Source of the DNA: Macrostomum lignano
Taxonomy: Eukaryota
DNA: 64,000 nucleotides
Direction: 5' to 3'
Assembly (NCBI GenBank): GCA_002269645.1
Contig: NIVC01000905.1
Coordinates: 62,001-126,000 of the forward strand
The notes under the pieces were generated by a model, which saw nothing but the letters and a program-made list of their open reading frames with translations, was not told where the DNA came from and ran no database searches. Of this stretch, positions 56,801 to 64,000 are shown piece by piece. Made by a program: the position numbers and the translations under genes. Within the stretch, counting starts at the first letter, position 1, and each line of letters starts with the position of its first letter.

Positions 56801-59800
56801 AGTGACACTGTGAGCTGAGTGACACTGTGAGCTGAGTGACACTGTGAGCTGAGTGACACTGTGAGCTGAGTGACACTGTGAGCTGAGTGACACTGTGAGC
56901 TGAGTGACACTGTGAGCTGAGTGACACTGTGAGCTGAGTGACACTGTGAGCTGAGTGACACTGTGAGCTGAGTGACACTGTGAGCTGAGTGACACTGTGA
57001 GCTGAGTGACACTGTGAGCTGAGTGACACTGTGAGCTGAGTGACACTGTGAGCTGAGTGACACTGTGAGCTGAGTGACACTGTGAGCTGAGTGACACTGT
57101 GAGCTGAGTGACACTGTGAGCTGAGTGACACTGTGAGCTGAGTGACACTGTGAGCTGAGTGACACTGTGAGCTGAGTGACACTGTGAGCTGAGTGACACT
57201 GTGAGCTGAGTGACACTGTGAGCTGAGTGACACTGTGAGCTGAGTGACACTGTGAGCTGAGTGACACTGTGAGCTGAGTGACACTGTGAGCTGAGTGACA
57301 CTGTGAGCTGAGTGACACTGTGAGCTGAGTGACACTGTGAGCTGAGTGACACTGTGAGCTGAGTGACACTGTGAGCTGAGTGACACTGTGAGCTGAGTGA
57401 CACTGTGAGCTGAGTGACACTGTGAGCAGAGTGACACTGTGAGCTGAGTGACACTGTGAGCTGAGTGACACTGTGAGCTGAGTGACACTGTGAGCTGAGT
57501 GACACTGTGAGCTGAGTGACACTGTGAGCTGAGTGACACTGTGAGCTGAGTGACACTGTGAGCTGAGTGACACTGTGAGCTGAGTGACACTGTGAGCTGA
57601 GTGACACTGTGAGCTGAGTGACACTGTGAGCTGAGTGACACTGTGAGCTGAGTGACACTGTGAGCTGAGTGACACTGTGAGCTGAGTGACACTGTGAGCT
57701 GAGTGACACTGTGAGCTGAGTGACACTGTGAGCTGAGTGACACTGTGAGCTGAGTGACACTGTGAGCTGAGTGACACTGTGAGCTGAGTAACACTGTGAG
57801 CTGAGTGACACTGTGAGCTGAGTGACACTGTGAGCTGAGTGACAGTACGAAATTCGTTGAGAAAACCATCTGAAGAAAATAATGCCATGAAATACGTGCT
57901 TAGAATGCAGAGATGCCAGATGAATATTTTTGTTTTACACGGTGAAATTATAATCTGTTTAAAGCCTAATTAAGCCTCTTACCCCCGGGGGCGGCTGTAC
58001 TAGACTACATATTCTAAAGTTTCGTGCCGAAAATCTGAAAAAGTGCGATCCCACTAATTAATGCACTTTAAACGATACCAGGCATCTATAAAACATCGAT
58101 TATTTCAATTATCGCCCGAGACTCACAGGTGAGCAGCTGTCCCACCTTCGCCAATGCGGGCTTGAAGCCGCCCACCTTCAGCACGAAAATCTGCAGGCTG
58201 AACTCCGAGCCCGACTGCAGGGAGTCGCAGGTGGCGCTGAGCCGCTGCTCAGGCGAGGTGACATTTCTGATCACGACTGAGCCGTTTGAGCCACTGAGGC
58301 AGCGCAGCTGGTGGTGAACTCCAGCACCGGTGGCTGAGGCGTCCCAGGTCACGCTGATGGCCGACTCGTTGGCTGAGTAGCTGACCGAGCTGGGGTTCAC
58401 TGAGTACAGCTCTGCGGCGGTTGACGGGTGCGAGGGAATGGGTGAGGTGCGAGTTCCTTTAGTCGCAAGAAGACGCAAGCAAGCAAGAGCGAGGAGGCGA
58501 CGAGACATGTACCAGACCCAGACGCTCACACAGGGTGCAGAGCCGCCCTGACTTTCTCATCCTTAGGGCCAAGGACCACTAGAACTAGAAGTTGGCGTTG
58601 CATATCAGGAATCTCACAGAAAGCATTGAATCAAAATAGGGTTTTACCACAATCTTAGACCTAAAAAAATTTGTATATGAAACTAAAGTTTTTTTGCATC
58701 AGATTTTCTGTCTTCGACAATCTCCTTAAAGCAGTTTTCTTGAGTTCAAATAAAAAAAAGAATGAAGCCACTTTGCACGCAAGCGCAAACCAGGCTTAAG
58801 CGATCGTGCACCAGGATCTTAAAATGTTTCAGCCTTCAAATACTGAATCATCTATGCAAAACGACTGTTAAGTCCCACTGCAATGGCAACTTCAAGTGGT
58901 GCTTGTCATAAAAATGTAGGCGTGCCCCTTGTCACCCAAAATGCCCAAATTAATGCGACCGCTCGCGGCTCGTAATCCGGGTTTCAAACTTTAACTACCG
59001 GGTTCCAAGAAATTCAAAACGAATTGGGAAATAAGGTGAGCTGAAGTAAAGCATAGGATGAGCGAACTGATAAAAGATTTCTCATCAAGTTGCACTTTAA
59101 GCTTCAACGTACAACGTACAGGTCTCATTGGAGCTGTACTGAGCTGAGCTGGGGTCAATGCCGAACAGCTCTGCAATGAAACGGACCCAATAGAAGCGAG
59201 TTGTGCCTCATCAGAGCAGCTGCAATCATTTGCTGAGCTCCAACTCACTGGTCAGCTGGATTGGCAGCCAGGTGACAACTTCATCGAAGCCGCCCTGCTT
59301 AGTCACAACCGCACTCAGGTTATAGGCCTCTCCTGACTGCAGACGGGCGAAGGTGGCACTCAGATACTTTGATGGAGGCAGAGATGAAGAACTCCCTGTG
59401 CTGACTCGCCTGTAGGTCACCCGGTACAGAACTCCTTCAGTGATGGACGCCGCCCAAGTCAGGGAGATGGAAGTCTCCCTGACGCTGAAACTCACTGAGC
59501 TGGCGTCGATCGGGAAGAGCTCTGCGGTTGCGAGGCGGGTGGGAATCCTAATTTTTGTCTTATCATTTGAGACCGGACATGCCTGCCTGATAAATATCTA
59601 ATGACTGCAAATGTTTGTTTTTTAGCAAGTGGAAAGATAAGTGTTTCTCAGAATCAGTGAGCATTTTACATCGATAAATTATTTCATGTCGTGTGGTGTG
59701 ATATAATGTTAGCTAGTTAAACCAAAACCTGTTCCCAGTATCAGCAGCTACAAGAAAAGGCTTTAATGTGCAGTTTTCAAAACTGTATAAAATTGTAGAC

Positions 59801-62800
59801 AAAAGTGGAAACGTTGCTGTAGACGTCATGAAAATTGGAATACTTTAAAAATCGAATAATTCACCGTAGCTAATGGAGCAGCAACTGCTAGTGGAGAGCA
59901 AGCTCTAAAATCACTAATTGTCTTGTACCGTAGGTTTGAAGTCCCTCGCCTCCCCTGGCCTAAGTCAGGGCCCAACTAAATTGGTTCTCGGACTTCCGAG
60001 GAGGGTAACTCGGGTACACGGAATTCCCCGTGCCCTTGGAAAGTGCCCCACTAGCGGCAGAGCCCCCTTTAGGGCTGATCCGCGAGTAAGCCCAGCTTCC
60101 CACCCCCGTTTAACAACAACAACAACAGCAAACTCACTAATTCAAGAAAATATAGTCAAAGTAATCGCACTGGAAAAGATCAGCGTGCAGACTGACGGCA
60201 TTTTATTTTGTAAGGCATGCGTGGAAGGCAAAATGGACAGAACACCAATTAAGAAGGGGGAGAGTTCAAGGTCCAGCAAACTGTTGGCCCAGATTTACAG
60301 CGATTTGTGCGGTCCAATGCAAACATTCATTGATGACAGCTCGCACTACTGCTGAGTCTAACTTTCTGCAAAAAAAGCAAGTTAGATTTGTTTGGACAGA
60401 TTTAAGAATTCACAAGCACAAGCCACAAAGCAATCAATTAAATTCATTTAAGTTATTCGAACTGATACTGGTAGAGAGTCTGTATCAGGTGAGTTCAAAG
60501 CCTTCTGTACCTATACCTTCCGTACCTTCTGGCTGGCAATAAGCCAAACGTGCAACATTTGCGAGTATTCGGATGCGTGGCCTACGCTCACTTTCTAGTC
60601 AAAAACCGTCACAAATTTGACTTAAAAGTCCGAGAAGTAGGATTTATAGGATACTCGGAAACTAATCGATGTCTATACTACAAAACGCTCTCAGCCAAGA
60701 GGTAACGTTTCAAGAGTCGTGTTTTAAGAAGCAAGAATCAGATCATCAGGACACACCTCGGTTACAGACGGATACAGAACCAATGGTGACTGAATCGAAA
60801 TGCGGCTCTCGTACGCTCGTACCAGTGACAACCAGGAAGTCCGGATGTCGACTCGGGAGAAGAAACCCGTCGACAGAAACTTAGCACCTAATGCAACACA
60901 AATTGAAGAACCGAAGACTCTGAAGGAATTGTCAGACAGTTAGTTCAGCTACCAAAAGAACGACAAACTATTGGCTGCAGATGGGTGTTTCGAGTGAAGT
61001 ACAAGTCAGATGGCCCAGTTGACAGATTCAAGGTGAGATTAGTAGTGAAGGGGTGCTCTCAAGAGTACGGAGTAGATTATGAGCTCTTCGTGAACAGCTT
61101 CTCACCCTTGGTCTAATGCAAGCGAATTCAGAACTGTGAATTACTTCCTCTGGAGTACAAGCAACCTGGATGGATGGCATAAATTGCTCATTGAGCTAAG
61201 ATACTTGAACTCTGCTCTTGCAAAATTCAACACGGAGAACTGCAAACCAAAGCTTCACACTTCTCAAGACTGCGATATTAGAGTAGATAAAACCATGCAT
61301 CAGGCAGCAGTAGGAAGTCTAAATAACGCACCACAAGCCACACCACCCGACAAGAATTGTGTCAGCAGCAATGGAAGTTCTGTCGCGTTACAGCTCTGAC
61401 CCGATTGAACAACATTGGAACGAACATTTTAGTTTGGATTCGTTTTCTTTTTTAAGTCGCTGAACAAAATTAATCTACCTAATTGGCCTTTGATCAGAAT
61501 GTCAGACGCTCATGAGTGAACATATTTTCAAATTATCCAAGTGTCCCCGTTAGTTGGAGCAGCAAGAAGCAACACTGTATGTTCTGAATGAATGTACTTA
61601 GGGATTAAAACGAATGGCGCGATTATGAAGGTTAGAAAGGGGGCTGTTGTAAAGGTTAATGCTGATGGACTGTATAAAATATGAAGAAGGAAACTCAGTA
61701 ACACATTTCTATATATGATGACATTCCCACATCCTGAATGATGTGCAGCCTTTGGTGTGAAAGTCAGACGCGTTTGCCACAACGCTGGTCTGGACCTTAA
61801 CCATTTGGAAGCCAAAGGACTGCACCGCAGGCAATACCGAAACGGCTCAAAAACCCAGAGATTGAAAAATGTCTATGGCATCAAAAACCATCTCCCAGTC
61901 ACTAAAGCAAGTGCCCAGTATGGCCTGCTGTGCAGGTCATGATTGATTTAAAGAAGTCCAGTATGCATTTCCGTTATATATTTTCACTCTCAAATGTTAA
62001 AGGTCTGATCGCACCTCACGATCGAAGCCCTGACCCGGAGCAGCCACTAATTTTTCTTGCAATTCTTTCGGGATTCCACGATCCTTTCGAACAGTTCCGG
62101 TGAGCACGGTCTTTTTGTCAAACAAGTAGATGGCCAATCTGTGTGACGTAAACCAACCAAAATAAAGTAAAATACTGGCACCGAAGCAGCTGAGCACTCA
62201 CTGGTCAGCTGGTCAGACAGACGCGTGATGACGTCATCAAAACTCGCCTTCTGCACAGCCACCCGCAGCTCATATTCCTGTCCAGACTGCAGGGAGCCGC
62301 AGGTGGCAGACGGAGTGGCTGAAGACGCAGTCGAGACTTCACCTGAGCCGACTCGCTTGCAGGTGAGCTGGTACGAGACGCCAGAAGTGCTGGATGGCTG
62401 CCAAGTCACAGAGATGGCGGTCTCATTGGAGCTGTGCTGAGCTGAGCTGGCGTCAATGCCGAACAGCTCTGCAAATTTCAATGCACGAGTTTGTTTAAAC
62501 GCTGTGAAATAGACGAATGTACCTAAAAAGCTTGAGAGGTGATGCAATAGTTTTTTCTTTTTAAGTTCAGTTTACTAAAGAGTTTAACTACTGAAAGTAG
62601 CTGCGAAAACTGTTTTACTGAGAGACCTACTGTTTTTATTCTGTGTTTACCAGTAAAACATCGGTCATTACCGAACTGCCTCTAATTATAGCATATTGGC
62701 CGATAATCCTGTTTCCGATGGAAGTATAGGCAATGTTTAAAGCGTGAATTACCTGATGCGCATTTAACTTGTATACCCCGTCATTCATTTTAATAAATAA

Positions 62801-64000
62801 TAACACCAAGTAAAGCTATATATCAACTTATTAAGTAATGTTTCTCTACAGCCTCAGCAAAAGCAAAATATCAGCGGAAGTTTAGCAGCTCAAAAACCTC
62901 AAATTCAATACAAATAATCGTGCATACGCACGTATAGAAATATAGATGTAAAATCCTCATTGCAGAAGCCAAAGAACTCAATCACTATTGCTAAATCTAT
63001 CCATGTGACTTTTATTGTGCTTTGTGATGTAATTTGATGGCAATGCAAACGCGACCCACTGTTGCCACCGCTACTTTGCTTGCAAAGATTTCCAAAGCAA
63101 AGCATCTGAAGGAACTCACTGGTCAGCTGGTTGGACAGACGCGTGATGACGTCATCAAAGCCCGCCTTCTGCACAGCCACCCGCAGCTCATAGGCCTGTC
63201 CAGACTGCAGGGAGCCGCAGGTGCCAGACGGAGTTGATGAAGACGCATTCCAGACTTCACCTGAGCCGACTCGCTTGCAGGTGAGCTGGTACGAGACGCC
63301 AGAAGTGCTGGATGGCTGCCAAGTCACAGAGATGGCGGTCTCATTGGAGCTGTACTGAGCTGAGCTGGCGTCAATGCCGAACAGCTCTGCAATTGATGAG
63401 CATCTCTGATGATTTTGGTTCCTACGGATGGCGGCTAAACTTAATTAATTCATAAGTAATTAGCCATTTAAAAGCAGCCATACAGGTATTAGGAGTACGC
63501 TTAATCCTGCCACTTACAGACTTACACAGCAGCAGCTTCAAGATTTTACGTTTATTAAGCAGAAATTTATTGGAAATTTTCAGCACAGCTCGTGACTATT
63601 ACCGTACCTGTCTGCCTGTTCACTGAGCAAGTCTGTCTTTATTTTATTTTTTGGTGTGAATGGCTTATCCTAGCAATATCCAGAACAGCGATTTCAATTT
63701 CAATAGATACATGCAGCTGTTATATAGTGCATAAGTATTCACAACTACGAGTAAAGTTTATGGCACATACAGTAATGCGACAGAATCTTGATATCGGCTT
63801 TTTATAAATTAGTTTGATCCGCCTTGCTATTGTTTGGAATCAGCAATTAATGTACATCGATCTATTTGACAATCTCTTTATCGAAGTACATTCAAAATAT
63901 TTTCAGTTTGATAATGGAGCTCACTGGTCAAAGCTGTGCCGTAAATGTAAAACCCAGGCGGGAACCCAGTCTTGACGGCTCTCACTGTGACAGTGACAGA
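50829..64000 (-). CDS. Single-pass FN3-repeat receptor, 5'-truncated by the window; exons >64000-63925, 63386-63120, 62468-62202, 59521-59249, 58411-58127, 56235-55903, 55352-54229, 52792-52380 (TM), 50964-50829
   Basis: FN3 signatures (ISVTWQPS...YQLTC...LQSGQEYELRVAV; WRAPSEPNGVIRNYSVAW; LLPWTEYGASLWPVNLAGPG). All proposed GT-AG junctions are phase-compatible. TM IVVAVVVSVLVAMAIAAGLLGFVW followed by HRRRS; 45-aa tail with EYAIV and SEYVEV. Confidence 0.85.
50972..51545. repeat. 12-bp G-rich minisatellite GATGGGGTGGGT abutting the last acceptor
   Basis: About 45 tandem units. Confidence 0.95.
52040..52345. repeat. 15-bp minisatellite GGGAATCCCAGTCAG with a palindromic core
   Basis: About 20 degenerate units at the 5' end of the post-TM intron. 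Confidence 0.85.
52965..53455. repeat. 12-bp C-rich minisatellite ACTCTCCCCATC
   Basis: About 40 tandem units in the pre-TM intron. Confidence 0.95.
53998..54190. repeat. 20-bp minisatellite GTCCCTCCGCTGTCCCTTCA
   Basis: About 9 units starting about 40 nt after the 54229 donor. Confidence 0.9.
55380..55885. repeat. 17-bp minisatellite CAGAACCAAGACTCACT filling an intron
   Basis: About 30 units; on the coding strand each carries GA|GTGAGT. Confidence 0.95.
56275..57845. repeat. 17-bp highly homogeneous minisatellite GAGTGACACTGTGAGCT
   Basis: About 92 near-identical units ending about 35 nt before the 56235 acceptor. Confidence 0.97.
59120..59170 (-). pseudogene. Truncated duplicate of an FN3 exon 5' end (possible 51-nt micro-exon)
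   Basis: Matches the first 50 nt of exon 63386 at all but one base; keeps acceptor ttcattgcag| and is followed by T|GTACGT. Confidence 0.6.
60190..61400 (+). mobile_element. Heavily deleted Ty1/copia remnant in an intron
   Basis: CKACVEGK...IYSDLCGPM (gag-pre-integrase/integrase), FDLKVREVGFIGYS, GCRWVFRVKYKSDGPVDRFKVRLVVKGCSQEYGVDY (RVT_2). Confidence 0.85.
61997..62170 (-). pseudogene. piggyBac (PGBD4-like) transposase fragment
   Basis: WFTSHRLAIYLFDKKTVLTGTVRKDRGIPKEL, homologous to the segment at about 3215-3290. Confidence 0.75.

Noticed and set aside
55874-57888. Three long minus-strand ORFs (571-645 aa, SLSSQCHSAHSVTQLTV repeats)
   Set aside because: Artefact of a stop-free 17-bp unit cycling through all frames; only 56235-55903 has splice signals and FN3-like content.

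Overview
Eukaryotic (metazoan) genomic DNA with GT-AG introns and no bacterial operons, rRNA, intact tRNA or CRISPR. The GC-rich Ala/Gly/Ser/Gln-run exons, minisatellite-filled introns and transposon spectrum suggest a flatworm such as Macrostomum; this is an inference, not checked. Genes: (1) two tandem paralogs, about 11.1 kb apart, of a 3-exon secreted PAN/Apple + TSP1-repeat gene (minus strand); (2) a 2-exon ADISSP/C20orf27 (UPF0687) ortholog; (3) one, possibly two, minus-strand low-complexity/coiled-coil genes with a DFPDPPLP repeat array; (4) a minus-strand low-complexity gene with a PKI-like GRRNAF motif; (5) the 3' part of a large single-pass FN3-repeat receptor with a short Tyr-motif tail. 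Mobile DNA: a young Ty3/gypsy element with identical LTRs, a 5-bp TSD and one frameshift; an older decayed gypsy whose 5' LTR holds a 1-kb P-element-like mini-transposon encoding an intact 3-exon THAP protein; a MITE with the same termini; a Tc1/IS630 derivative; and piggyBac, copia and SINE remnants. The most striking unexplained pattern is in the FN3 receptor: two different exons are each bracketed by a pair of minisatellite arrays of equal period (12/12 and 17/17 bp) that are partly complementary in the pre-mRNA. All exon models were derived by hand from reading frames and splice signals and need transcript confirmation.
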